Part shown: piece by piece, positions 1-9,179 of the stretch
Layout: each line of letters opens with the position of its first letter
Numbering within the stretch: position 1 is the first letter of the stretch
Assembly: GCA_964412775.1 (NCBI GenBank)
Contig: CAYPPX010000002.1
Location: 4,935-68,934, forward strand
Direction: 5' to 3'
DNA: 64,000 nt
Origin: an uncultured Pseudomonadales bacterium
GTDB taxonomy: Bacteria > Patescibacteriota > Microgenomatia > UBA1400 > PJMF01
Translations under genes and position numbers: made by a program
The notes under the pieces: model-generated
What the model was told of the DNA's origin: nothing
What the model saw: the letters and a program-made list of their open reading frames with translations, nothing else
Databases searched by the model: none

Positions 1-981
1 TTAGGCTCTGATGCTGTACGAGTGTGGGAAAAAGGAGCTGGTTTGGTAGGGGAGTATCCTAGTTATTTAGCGATTGATTCTAGGTCAAAAAGAATTCTAG
101 CTAGTGGCCAAGATGCTTATGAAATGAGAGGCAGAGTAGCTGCCAATGTTTCGTTGCTCAGACCTTTTCAGAAAGGGCAAATTTGGGATGAGAAAACTGC
201 TTTAGCTTTTTTAAAAGTAGTCCTTAAAGACACTTTAAAAAAGAGTTTTTTTAGTCCAACGATTTTGTTTAGTATCCCCGCTAGTCTCAATACTGCTGTT
301 GAAGAAGAAACAATTAAATTGGGTTACTCACTGGGTGCCAAGGAGGTTTTGACTGTCGCTCAACCATTAGCCGCTGCGATTGGTGCAGGGATGCCGGTGG
401 CAGATTCATCTGGTGGTTTTATTTTTCAATTGGGGGCAGGAATTAATGAAGTAGCTGTAGTTTCATTAGGAACTTTAGTTGATTTTGAAAAATCATATGA
501 AGCTGGTGATGATTTTGAACAAGCTCTTCAGGTTTATTTGCAAAAAGAAAAGCAAGTTTTACTTAGTCGTGAGACGGCCAGGAAGTTAATTCACGATTTA
601 GTTAGTGTCGATGAAGTTCATCCTGGGACAATTTTGGTTACCGGTAAAGATGAGAAAACGACTGCTCCCAAAGAGCTTCAGTTGAGTGCCAAGCAGTTAT
701 TACCTTTTGCTGAAGAGCGAATGCAAAGTTTAGTCAAACAAGTGAAAAAACTGCTTAGCAAAATCCCAGCAGAACTAACAGTGGATATTGTTGATAAAGG
801 TTTGTTGCTTGCTGGTGGTGGAGCTTTATTAACTGGTTTGGATTCATATTTAGTTCCAAAATTAGGGATTCCTGTTTCGGTAGTGGATGAACCCAAAAAA
901 GCAGTCATCAGGGGAATGGGCACAATTTTAGATCATTTGAGTGATTTTAGGCGAAGTCTTGGGTATCGAGGTGAAGCTTAA
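1..981 (+). CDS. mreB: rod shape-determining actin homolog MreB (5' end truncated by window edge)
   Basis: Reading frame is open from nt 1 (ORF track 22..981 starts at an internal GTG). Translation aligns to MreB along its length, including an LLAGGGALLTGLD adenosine-binding-like motif and the C-terminal IPVSVVDEP...RG segment. Confidence 0.85.
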   Translation, partial: LGSDAVRVWEKGAGLVGEYPSYLAIDSRSKRILASGQDAYEMRGRVAANVSLLRPFQKGQIWDEKTALAFLKVVLKDTLKKSFFSPTILFSIPASLNTAVEEETIKLGYSLGAKEVLTVAQPLAAAIGAGMPVADSSGGFIFQLGAGINEVAVVSLGTLVDFEKSYEAGDDFEQALQVYLQKEKQVLLSRETARKLIHDLVSVDEVHPGTILVTGKDEKTTAPKELQLSAKQLLPFAEERMQSLVKQVKKLLSKIPAELTVDIVDKGLLLAGGGALLTGLDSYLVPKLGIPVSVVDEPKKAVIRGMGTILDHLSDFRRSLGYRGEA

Positions 982-1056
982 GCTTTACAACCGGGTAGAT
1001 TTTTGAGAAGCTGAAGGTGTCTTTTAATTAAAATTAATTAGTGTAAAGGAGAAAAT

Positions 1057-1380
1057 ATGGCTGACGAAATGAAAAAACCAGGATTGGAGGCTTTTAGTAA
1101 GGCTGTTGATTTGGCCAAGCAGTATGAAAAAGTGGAAATAGGACAAATTGATGAGTCAATGTTGAGAGAAGAGGTTGAAATTACTCCAGAAGATGAATCA
1201 TGGGTTAGTGTTCTAGTTGATCGAGTCAATCATTTGGCAGCTGAAAAAAATATTCCAGCAACTGAATTACTAAGAAGTTTGGTGGCTTCAGCAGGCGGAT
1301 TTGAACAACAAGCTGCCAAACCACCAATTCCTAGCGCTGACGATATTAGATTAGAAGGCTTACCATTAACCAATAAATAG
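1057..1380 (+). CDS. hypothetical acidic protein (107 aa)
   Basis: ORF with SD-like aaaggag 8 nt upstream of ATG; acidic composition; no family recognised. Confidence 0.4.
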   Translation: MADEMKKPGLEAFSKAVDLAKQYEKVEIGQIDESMLREEVEITPEDESWVSVLVDRVNHLAAEKNIPATELLRSLVASAGGFEQQAAKPPIPSADDIRLEGLPLTNK

Positions 1381-1391
1381 AAAGGTTTTTT

Positions 1392-1712
1392 ATGGCAGAA
1401 GCTCCCAAGCATTTACTCACTGAGTTAACTGATGAAATTGTGGCCAATCCTCAGCTTGTTGGCATAGAAGGTGAGATCAATGTGAATGAAGAAAGAGAGC
1501 CTAAAGAAGGTGATATTGATGGCGATGCTTTAGATACAATTGAAGTAAGTGATGGTTTGGCTCCAGCTGACAAAGACAGAATCGTGAAGATTATTAATTT
1601 GCTTGCAGATAAGAAAGCAAAGACTGGCCGAAACATGTTTTTTGACATCATGGCGATAATAATAGAAATGCAAGCAGAAAAAAGAACAGCTGCTGACCAA
1701 GTCGAAACCTAA
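1392..1712 (+). CDS. hypothetical acidic protein (106 aa)
   Basis: ORF 12 nt downstream of previous gene; very acidic; no family recognised. Confidence 0.4.
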   Translation: MAEAPKHLLTELTDEIVANPQLVGIEGEINVNEEREPKEGDIDGDALDTIEVSDGLAPADKDRIVKIINLLADKKAKTGRNMFFDIMAIIIEMQAEKRTAADQVET

Positions 1713-3145
1713 TCAGTTTGGACTGCCTTTTTGAACTGTTCACCACGATCTTGATAGTCTTTGAACAGGCCAAAACTAGCGCTAGCTGGACTGAGTAGAA
1801 TCACTCCTTGGCTTTCACCACTAAGCATAAAATATTGAGCCATGATGTGTTGAGCCTTACCAACGGCTTCTGGCATTGTTTTGGCAAATTCAATGACAAG
1901 GCTGTTATCAGTATCTAGATTATTTATTTCCACAGCTAACCTTTTGCCAGTCGGTTCAAATAAAACTAATCCAGCCACTTTTTTTTCTAGTATTTTTTTG
2001 GCTAATTCAGAGAAATCTTGGTGGCGTTCATAACCACCAGCTATTAAAACAACTGGTTCGGAGAAACTATCTAAAGCTCTCATGGCCGCATCAGGCATAG
2101 TAGAGAGAGAATCATCATAATAACGAATGCCTTTTTTTTGATAAAAAAACTCCAATCGATGGGGTAGAGCTTTAAAGTTTTGTAAGGCATTGCCAATCTG
2201 TTCTGCTGATAGATTAAACAGCGTTCCTACCACTACAGCAGGCATGACGTTTAATAGATTATGCTCGCCTTTGAGCGGCAGTTTCTCTATTTCTAAAATC
2301 AGTTCAGTTCTTTGTTGATTATCCTTGCGTAAAATCTGCTTATTTCTGACGAAAACAACGGCATCTGGTCCTTCTTGCAGTGAAAAACGTAGGTGTTGAC
2401 CAGCACTAAATTGGGTAATCTTGGTAGCACCAGTCATTTGCGGATTAAAAATAACAAAATCATTTTCAGTTTGATACTTACAAATAGGGATTTTGGCTTG
2501 TTGGTAACTGGCAGTATCTGGATAGTAATCGAGATGTTCGCTAGTGACATCTTGAACCACTGCAAGATGAGGACTGATGGTCATGGTTTCTAGCTGGTGG
2601 CTAGATAGTTCACAAACCACCAAAGAATCAGCATTAATTCTTTCTAAAATTGTCAAAGATGGTTGGCCAATATTACCCACTAAATGACTATCTAAGCCAT
2701 TCGTTTGCAAAACATGATGAATTATTGCTGAGGTGGTGCTTTTACCTTTGGTGCCAGTTACACCAATCGTTATTCCTGGACAGAGGCCAAAAAACAGCTG
2801 AGTGTTAGAAGTGAGTTGAGAACCGTTTTTTTTGGCTTGATCGATTGCTGGGATAGTTTGAGGAATGCCAGGGCTTTTAAAGATTAGCTGATAATTTTTT
2901 AGGTTAGTTAAATGATTGTTACCAAAGTAGTACTCAAGATGAGGATCATTTTTTAGTAGTTGTTGTTGATCTTCAGCAAATTTTTCTAGTGGTTGTTTGT
3001 CTGCCACGGCTAGTTTTTTATTGGGAAACTTGGTTCTCAAAAAATGGTAAGTTGACCAACCTTCTCGTCCCATTCCTAGAATCAGGATAGAGTTTTTTTC
3101 TAAGTTAGCCAAAACTTGTTGTTGATCGATCATAGTTTCTTTCAA
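1709..3145 (-). CDS. murD: UDP-N-acetylmuramoyl-L-alanine--D-glutamate ligase
   Basis: N-terminal Rossmann-like ILILGMGREG; Mur ligase P-loop GVTGTKGKSTT; overall Mur ligase architecture, 478 aa. Confidence 0.8.
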   Translation of the reverse strand: MKETMIDQQQVLANLEKNSILILGMGREGWSTYHFLRTKFPNKKLAVADKQPLEKFAEDQQQLLKNDPHLEYYFGNNHLTNLKNYQLIFKSPGIPQTIPAIDQAKKNGSQLTSNTQLFFGLCPGITIGVTGTKGKSTTSAIIHHVLQTNGLDSHLVGNIGQPSLTILERINADSLVVCELSSHQLETMTISPHLAVVQDVTSEHLDYYPDTASYQQAKIPICKYQTENDFVIFNPQMTGATKITQFSAGQHLRFSLQEGPDAVVFVRNKQILRKDNQQRTELILEIEKLPLKGEHNLLNVMPAVVVGTLFNLSAEQIGNALQNFKALPHRLEFFYQKKGIRYYDDSLSTMPDAAMRALDSFSEPVVLIAGGYERHQDFSELAKKILEKKVAGLVLFEPTGKRLAVEINNLDTDNSLVIEFAKTMPEAVGKAQHIMAQYFMLSGESQGVILLSPASASFGLFKDYQDRGEQFKKAVQTD

Positions 3146-4569
3146 AAATAGCTATTTTTAGCTTGACAAATTTGTTGAGCTTCTTGTTGTAGCAACTCGA
3201 CCAAGCTGTGATCCAAGTGATGCTGCTTATTCCAAAAACATAGTAGCATCTTAGTAGTTTGTTCTAGGTTGGGGACTTGAGAAAGAATTTCTTGATTAAT
3301 TTTTTCTAAAACCACTGGTAGTGGTTTATTTGGATGGTTTTTTTGCCATTTTTTAATGCTTAAGTAAAAAGCTGCTTGAGTTTCTTCATGAGTGCCAACA
3401 CACTCAAATGGTTTATTAGCATCAAGGCCCATTAATTCTTGAGCTGTTTGGTTGAGATTAGGTTTGGTAAAAAGGTTTTCAGAAAAAATTTCTGTAATTA
3501 GTTTTTGTTCGTCAATAAATGGGTAGAGGACAGCAAAAACAAATAAACATTTAGGACATTCTCCACACCACTGGTTTAGTTGTTGTCCTCTGTTACAGCT
3601 GCGAAAAATCGACTGAAATTGTTCATTTTTGCTAAATAGAGCTGCTATTTGTAGTTCGGTAAGAGGTCTGAGAAACGACAAATATTCAGGGGCTGATCCG
3701 AGATATTTTTTTACATAAGTTCTGAATTTATTTTCGAAGGCAAATGATTTAGAGTATTGGTGATTAACCATTATTCCCAGGTAAGGCACGTTACCTTCAT
3801 TAGCCGAGAATTCATTAGCTAATAAAATATTTTTATGACCACTCAGTAAAGCAACTAAGCTACTCTCAAAAGCCAATCTAGCGCTAAAAGGGGTATGGCC
3901 ATTTAAGTATCCTTGTTTGTTGAGTTCCAAGAGTTCTGGAGCAAAAGTTCTTTTTATTTCAATAATTTTAACTTGAGTTTCACTGGCTATTTTATGGGCA
4001 GCCGGTGATTGAGGATAGCTGAGTAGTATTTCGTAGGGAAGCTTATATTTGCTAAGTAAATTTATGACTAAAGCAGAATCTTTTCCGCCACCTACTGGGA
4101 CAAGAGCTTTATTTTTTGCTTGAAAAGAAAAGCTGGGTAGTTTTTGGGGAGTAAGAGTGTTTTGATTAGTAAATTTAACGAAGTTTGGTTGAGTGAAATC
4201 AATGTTATTGGTGTAAAAGTATTCACCCATGCCATCAAGCAGTAATCCTTGCCACCAAGAGAGTTGCTCTGGAGAAAGTGGCAGTGGCTGAATAACTATT
4301 TCTGGTGAGGCTGCTACTTTCCAATAGCTGAAGAGCTCAATCATCCCCAGATTAAAAACCCAGTGGCTAATGATTTCTTGAGGTATATTGGCAAAGGTTT
4401 GTTTATCTAGGTTGGTGATGGTGATTTGGGGTTGAAAATTAATGGCTGGTTCCAACAAAAAATCAAAAGAAATAGTCAATGTCTGGTTACTAAATTGCCA
4501 GTCAAAGCTTTGGTAGATGAAGCGGGGGTGTTGTTTTCTTAATGATTCGAGAGTTTTCTCGGTTGGCAT
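3142..4569 (-). CDS. PP-loop (N-type ATP pyrophosphatase) superfamily protein with C-terminal Cys cluster; function unknown
   Basis: Internal VPVGGGKDSAL resembles the SGGxDS PP-loop. C-terminal C...CGECPKC resembles QueC/amidotransferase-like zinc-binding motifs. Start overlaps murD stop (ATGA), suggesting translational coupling. Confidence 0.6.
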   Translation of the reverse strand: MPTEKTLESLRKQHPRFIYQSFDWQFSNQTLTISFDFLLEPAINFQPQITITNLDKQTFANIPQEIISHWVFNLGMIELFSYWKVAASPEIVIQPLPLSPEQLSWWQGLLLDGMGEYFYTNNIDFTQPNFVKFTNQNTLTPQKLPSFSFQAKNKALVPVGGGKDSALVINLLSKYKLPYEILLSYPQSPAAHKIASETQVKIIEIKRTFAPELLELNKQGYLNGHTPFSARLAFESSLVALLSGHKNILLANEFSANEGNVPYLGIMVNHQYSKSFAFENKFRTYVKKYLGSAPEYLSFLRPLTELQIAALFSKNEQFQSIFRSCNRGQQLNQWCGECPKCLFVFAVLYPFIDEQKLITEIFSENLFTKPNLNQTAQELMGLDANKPFECVGTHEETQAAFYLSIKKWQKNHPNKPLPVVLEKINQEILSQVPNLEQTTKMLLCFWNKQHHLDHSLVELLQQEAQQICQAKNSYF

Positions 4570-4975
4570 GCTTTTATTATACCTAGTCAGAGGAGATAAG
4601 GCTATTAACTGAAAGTTGGTTGAATAGGAGTGGTTAGCACCAACGAAAATAATTCGGGTGAGTTGATTCTGGATACTTTTTATTTATTTATGGTATTAAT
4701 TGGTTTTTTAAATAAATTTTCTCAAAAAAAAAGCTACTCAAAAACAATAAAAAATTAGTTAAGTTAACAGTCAGCCAATAGTGGTTTCGTGTTTTTTTCA
4801 ATAAAAAAATTCGGGTTTATTGAATTTCAAAAAATGAAGATACGAATAAAAGACGAAGTATGAAAAAGTATGACACTTTTCTTAAAACTTAGATTGGGAA
4901 AACCATAGACTATTGATACAATAGTTAATGGAAGCTGATCTTTTTCGTACTCTTTTCAGTTTTAAAAAGTAAAAA

Positions 4976-5779
4976 ATGAAGCAAAAAAACACAAAAAAGA
5001 CTTATGAAACAGTCCTTTTTCTAGGTAAATCTCTTTTTAGCAAAGATGAGAGTCAACTGCTAGAAAGCATTAGTGAAAAAATTATAAGGACTAAAAAAGT
5101 CATTAAGGTTTTCACTCCAAATCCAGAACAGTTTGTTTTAGCTGCTGAAAATAAAGACTTCTCTCGACTTTTGGATCAAGCAGATATTTTGTTGCCAGAT
5201 GGGGTAGGGGTGGTGATTTTTAGTCAGTTAGCCGAGAAATTAGTTGGTAAAAAAGGAGTTGAACAAAGGATCGCTGGAGTTGATATAGTAGAAAAATTAC
5301 TAAAATTAGCCAGTGATTATTCCTGGAAAGTTTTGTTGGTGGGGGGTAGGGGTTACCAACATAAGTTGCACCAGATTTCAGTATCAGGTTTGGCCACCGC
5401 CAAAAAACTCACCTTACTTTGGCAATCAGCTTACCAAAAGGTAGCTCAGCCGACGAAAGAGGAAGAACTTGCTTTAGTCAAACTAATCAAAAGGGAACAG
5501 CCAGACCTAGTGTTTGTGGCTTTTGGTGCGCCTTGGCAAGAAAAATGGATTGTAGACCATGAAGAACTATTAACAAGCAGTAAGGTTAAATTAGTAATGG
5601 CTGTTGGTGGATCATTTGATTTCCTGTTGGGGAAATTAAAGCGGGCACCACTAGGGTTGAGAGTGATAGGCTTGGAATGGTTGTTTAGATTATGGCAAGA
5701 ACCAAGTCGGTGGCGAAGACAGTTGAAATTAGCTAAGTTTATAAAATTGGCTATTATAGATTTGTTAAAGAAAAAATGA
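4976..5779 (+). CDS. WecB/TagA/CpsF-family glycosyltransferase
   Basis: Translation has ILLPDGVGVV, VLLVGGRG, LVFVAFGAPWQEKWI and EWLFRLWQEP blocks typical of the WecG/TagA family. Confidence 0.75.
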   Translation: MKQKNTKKTYETVLFLGKSLFSKDESQLLESISEKIIRTKKVIKVFTPNPEQFVLAAENKDFSRLLDQADILLPDGVGVVIFSQLAEKLVGKKGVEQRIAGVDIVEKLLKLASDYSWKVLLVGGRGYQHKLHQISVSGLATAKKLTLLWQSAYQKVAQPTKEEELALVKLIKREQPDLVFVAFGAPWQEKWIVDHEELLTSSKVKLVMAVGGSFDFLLGKLKRAPLGLRVIGLEWLFRLWQEPSRWRRQLKLAKFIKLAIIDLLKKK

Positions 5780-5822
5780 TCTATTACTTTATATTAAAGT
5801 AGATTAGTTAATAATAAAGTAG

Positions 5823-5878
5823 ACTAATAAAACAAATACTCCCGTTGGTAACGGGAGTATAAACGTCTATTTTTTTAG
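5823..5878. terminator. bidirectional intrinsic terminator between convergent genes
   Basis: Hairpin ACTCCCGTT-GGT-AACGGGAGT at 5838-5858. The minus-strand side is followed by AUUUGUUUUAUU. The plus side has a T7 run 12 nt downstream. Confidence 0.5.
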
Positions 5879-5881
5879 GGA

Positions 5882-6160
5882 CTAATCTTCGTCAGGAGTT
5901 TCTGCTGGGTTAACACCTAGTAACCATAATACTGCTTCTTTTTTATAGCGACGGTCACCACGGGAGTTAATTCTGATTGCTGGAAGTTTGCCACGCTTAC
6001 CCCAACGTTTGATGGTAAGAGGGGAAACTCTAAGTAGGTCTGCCACTTCACGAACTGTAAGTAAGTCTGGCAGGTTATTAATATCTAGCTTGGCGGCATC
6101 GTTGGCTCGGCCGGTTTTTTTGTCGTCCATCTCAGAGACGGTGGCAGATGCATCAGTCAT
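5882..6160 (-). CDS. excisionase-family helix-turn-helix DNA-binding protein
   Basis: LTVREVADLLRVSPLTIKRW...GKLPAIRI..GDRRYKKEAV matches the Xis/MerR-like HTH_17 pattern. Local GC (~47%) is higher than neighbours. Confidence 0.65.
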   Translation of the reverse strand: MTDASATVSEMDDKKTGRANDAAKLDINNLPDLLTVREVADLLRVSPLTIKRWGKRGKLPAIRINSRGDRRYKKEAVLWLLGVNPAETPDED

Positions 6161-6350
6161 GCAGATCCTTTCCTAAGTGTTAATACTGCATCCGCGGTGA
6201 ATGGTGCAATATAGATCAGAATTTTTCAAATCTATATACCAAGGTAACAGAATAAACTGAACTGGGTCAATAGTGAATTTCAAACTAGGTCAAATATGGG
6301 CAGTTTTGCTTTTTAAAAAATATAAATAATGTTATGATCACCTTTGAATT

Positions 6351-7805
6351 ATGACTTTAAAGAATAAAAAAGTTTTAATCGTTAATTCTGGAGGGACAAA
6401 TAAAACTCATACTTTTGCTAAGGCAAATGAGTTGGGGCTTGATCTATATCTTTTATTAACGGAAAAAGACTTATTAGAAAAAAAATGGGTTTTAAACTAT
6501 ATTCCCAAAAAGAAAATAATTCTGTCTAAGGATACTAATTTTGAGACTTTTATTGAGGATGTATTAGTTTTTCAAGAAAAAAATGGGATAAAGTTTGATG
6601 GAGTGACTACTTTTGTGGAAGAATACACTTTTCAAGCAAGTTGTGTTGCTTCAGCTCTAGGTAAAACTTTTATTTCTCCATCAGCAGTGATTAATAGCTC
6701 TTTTTACAAATATGTAATGAGAGAGAGATGCCGAGAAAAAGGAATTAAAACTCCTTACTACCATTTTTTTAAGACTCTCAAAGAACTCAAGTTGCTTTGC
6801 AAAAAGCTCAAATTTCCTGTGGTGATAAAGCCTCATGATGGCAATCATAGTTTGGCTGTTATAAAGATTAGTAATCCTCAAAATTCCAGAGAAGTAACCA
6901 AAGCATTTAATTTGGCAAAAAATGAAATGAACCAGTATTTTTCTTATAGATTTGATGGTGATAATCTATTTATTTTAGAAGAATTTATTGAAGGTTCTTT
7001 AATTTCTGTTGATGGGGTGATTCAAAATCAAAAGCCCAAAATAGTTGGTCTTGCTGAGTATTTTTTATCTCCAGATCCATTATTAGTTCCTGAGTTTAAC
7101 TTTATTCCCCCTGTAAGCGAAAATATTTTAAAGAATAAACAATCAATTTACTCAGAAACAAAAAAAATTTTGAAAGCACTAGGATTTGATAATTGTGGTT
7201 TTCATTGCGAGATGAAAGTTAACGGAAATCAAGTTATTTTAATAGAGATTGGGGCAAGAATTGCTGGAGGGCCCATTGCTCAAGGTTATTATCGAGCTTA
7301 CGGGCTGGATTTGGCCAAAGCCTCATATCAACTAAGCTTAGGTGATCAGGTTGAGTTTAAAAAAACAAAAAATAACTGTGTAATGCAAAAAGCTGTTTTT
7401 ACTTATGAAACCAGTCTTTTTAAAAAAGATTTTATCGATAAATTAAAAAAATATGATTACATCAAAGACTTGGTTAAGTTCTATAAAGAAGGAGACCTAA
7501 TTCGTATCTATGGCAATCAAGCTGAGGCTGTTTTTTACTATTGTGTTGAGGCTTCTAACCCAAAAAAACTGAATGAATATCTTAGTGAAATTGCAGACCT
7601 CAAGCTTTATGATTTTGAACCGGTTAAAATTGAGCAAAAGAAAAGTAAAGTACTTGAAGACCTAAAGAAAAAGAAAAATAAGCTAAAAAAAACTAAAATC
7701 GGTAAAGTGTTAAAGTTTGTTTCTGATGTTTGTAAAATTCCGTTTAATTACGAGTTAAGAGCTAATAAAGTAAAGAATATTTCTTGGTTTGATTTCTTTG
7801 AGTAA
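6351..7805 (+). CDS. ATP-grasp enzyme, L-amino-acid ligase (BacD/YwfE)-like
   Basis: N-terminal KKVLIVNSGG, central FPVVIKPHDGNHSLAV, FILEEFIEGS and GFDNCGFHCEMK...IEIGARIAGG align block-by-block with YwfE-type L-amino acid ligases. The gene is strikingly AT-rich (~30% GC). Confidence 0.6.
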   Translation: MTLKNKKVLIVNSGGTNKTHTFAKANELGLDLYLLLTEKDLLEKKWVLNYIPKKKIILSKDTNFETFIEDVLVFQEKNGIKFDGVTTFVEEYTFQASCVASALGKTFISPSAVINSSFYKYVMRERCREKGIKTPYYHFFKTLKELKLLCKKLKFPVVIKPHDGNHSLAVIKISNPQNSREVTKAFNLAKNEMNQYFSYRFDGDNLFILEEFIEGSLISVDGVIQNQKPKIVGLAEYFLSPDPLLVPEFNFIPPVSENILKNKQSIYSETKKILKALGFDNCGFHCEMKVNGNQVILIEIGARIAGGPIAQGYYRAYGLDLAKASYQLSLGDQVEFKKTKNNCVMQKAVFTYETSLFKKDFIDKLKKYDYIKDLVKFYKEGDLIRIYGNQAEAVFYYCVEASNPKKLNEYLSEIADLKLYDFEPVKIEQKKSKVLEDLKKKKNKLKKTKIGKVLKFVSDVCKIPFNYELRANKVKNISWFDFFE

Positions 7806-7832
7806 TTTTATTAAATAAACATTATTTTAATT

Positions 7833-8156
7833 ATGGAAAAATATAGACGACTAATTAGTGAACTAAAAGTTACCAGAGAAGTTGGTAGATTTAAGCAATC
7901 TAATAAGCGGATTGATTTAAATAGGTTTATTTTTTCTCGCAATGCTCCAGCAAATAGTTTAGAGGCTCAATTGCTAGATCAATTGGTAGCCAAGCAAAAA
8001 AAATTAGAGGAAGTTTCAGCTAGTGAAGACCTCAAAGTTGTTGAAGAGATTAGCGCTGTGGTAGATGATTTAGCCAGGCAAGTTTATCAAGCTCACCGAG
8101 ATTTTGTAGCGAGAGGTAAAAAATATATCACTCCTGAGGGTGAAATAATTGATTAA
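7833..8156 (+). CDS. hypothetical protein (107 aa)
   Basis: ORF immediately downstream of the ATP-grasp gene, same low GC; no family recognised. Confidence 0.4.
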   Translation: MEKYRRLISELKVTREVGRFKQSNKRIDLNRFIFSRNAPANSLEAQLLDQLVAKQKKLEEVSASEDLKVVEEISAVVDDLARQVYQAHRDFVARGKKYITPEGEIID

Positions 8157-8170
8157 GTTTTCGTTGTACC

Positions 8171-8201
8171 AAAAACCCCGCCTTGCAGCGGGGTTTTTTT
8201 T
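8171..8201. terminator. bidirectional intrinsic terminator
   Basis: AAAAA-CCCCGC-cttgca-GCGGGG-TTTTTTTT, a perfect hairpin flanked by an A-run and a T-run, between the convergent hypothetical gene and rplL. Confidence 0.65.
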
Positions 8202-8225
8202 GTTTCTATTGTTAATTGAAACAAA

Positions 8226-8630
8226 TTATTTCATTTCAACGACACAACCAGCTTCTTCTAAGGTTTTCTTAGCAGCTTCGGCGTCTTCTTTCTTAGCACC
8301 TTCCAAAACGGTTTTTGGAGCAGATTCGACGAAGGTCTTAGCTTCACCCAAACCTAATTCTGGTTTCAAGGTACGAACGGCTTTAATAGCCCCGATTTTG
8401 TTAGATCCGGCGTCTTTCAAAATAACGTCGAATTCATCTTTAACTTCGGCAGCGGCGGCTTCACCACCAGCGGCTGGCATAGCACCCATCATGACTGGGG
8501 CGGCAGCACTAACGCCGAATTTATCTTCTAAAGCTTTAACGAGTTCAGAAACTTCCATGAGGGAAAGTTCTGAAACAGCGCTAACGATTTTCTCCACTTT
8601 AGCGGAGAGTTGTTTTGTGTCTTCTGACAT
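8226..8630 (-). CDS. rplL: 50S ribosomal protein L7/L12
   Basis: Full-length match to L7/L12: N-terminal dimerisation helix, Ala/Gly/Glu-rich hinge, and C-terminal [21 protein letters not shown]...VEMK. Confidence 0.95.
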   Translation of the reverse strand: MSEDTKQLSAKVEKIVSAVSELSLMEVSELVKALEDKFGVSAAAPVMMGAMPAAGGEAAAAEVKDEFDVILKDAGSNKIGAIKAVRTLKPELGLGEAKTFVESAPKTVLEGAKKEDAEAAKKTLEEAGCVVEMK

Positions 8631-8663
8631 GTTTTTCCTTTTTATTTTTTAATTACTTTTTAA

Positions 8664-9179
8664 TTAAGCTGTGGTCTCCAGTTTTTCTTGGAGAGCACGC
8701 AGAGCATATACAAGATCTCTTTGTCCGGCTTTAAGGACATTGACCAAGCCATAGGCTGGGCCTTGAAGTCTGACCACCAAAGTGGTGAGCAGTTCTTGCT
8801 TGCCAGGTAGTTTGCTAAGAGCTTCAACTTCTTCAAAAGTTAAAACCTTATCTTCCATGAAGCCCTGTTTGATCACTAATTTCTCAGTGTCTTTGTGGAA
8901 CTTGAAAAGAGCTTTCAAGGCAGCCACAGGATCTTCAAAAGAGAAGACGATAGCATTCATACCAGTCAAAGAATCGGCAAGTTTGCCTTTTCCGACAGCA
9001 ATATCGATGAGGGTGTTTTTGGTAACAAACATTTCGCCACCGGCAGCGGTTAAAGCAGCGCGGAGTTCGACCTGATCGTTAACGGTAGTACCCTGATATT
9101 CGACGATTACTGCTGACTGTGCCTGATCAAGTTTCTTTTTCAAGATCTCGATTTGCTCCAAGTTGTGTTGGTTTGGCAT
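8664..9179 (-). CDS. rplJ: 50S ribosomal protein L10
   Basis: 171 aa with L10-like sequence, immediately upstream of rplL in the same orientation. Confidence 0.9.
   Translation of the reverse strand: MPNQHNLEQIEILKKKLDQAQSAVIVEYQGTTVNDQVELRAALTAAGGEMFVTKNTLIDIAVGKGKLADSLTGMNAIVFSFEDPVAALKALFKFHKDTEKLVIKQGFMEDKVLTFEEVEALSKLPGKQELLTTLVVRLQGPAYGLVNVLKAGQRDLVYALRALQEKLETTA

Noticed and set aside
5882-8156. Integrated prophage or integrative element, because of the excisionase-family HTH gene
   Set aside because: No integrase, recombinase, att-like direct repeats or phage structural genes. Xis-type HTH proteins also occur as stand-alone regulators.
8149-9075. ORF-track ORFs 8149..8652(+) and 8782..9075(+)
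   Set aside because: They are antisense to rplL and rplJ and have Ala/Ser/Pro-rich low-complexity translations typical of reverse-strand artefacts.
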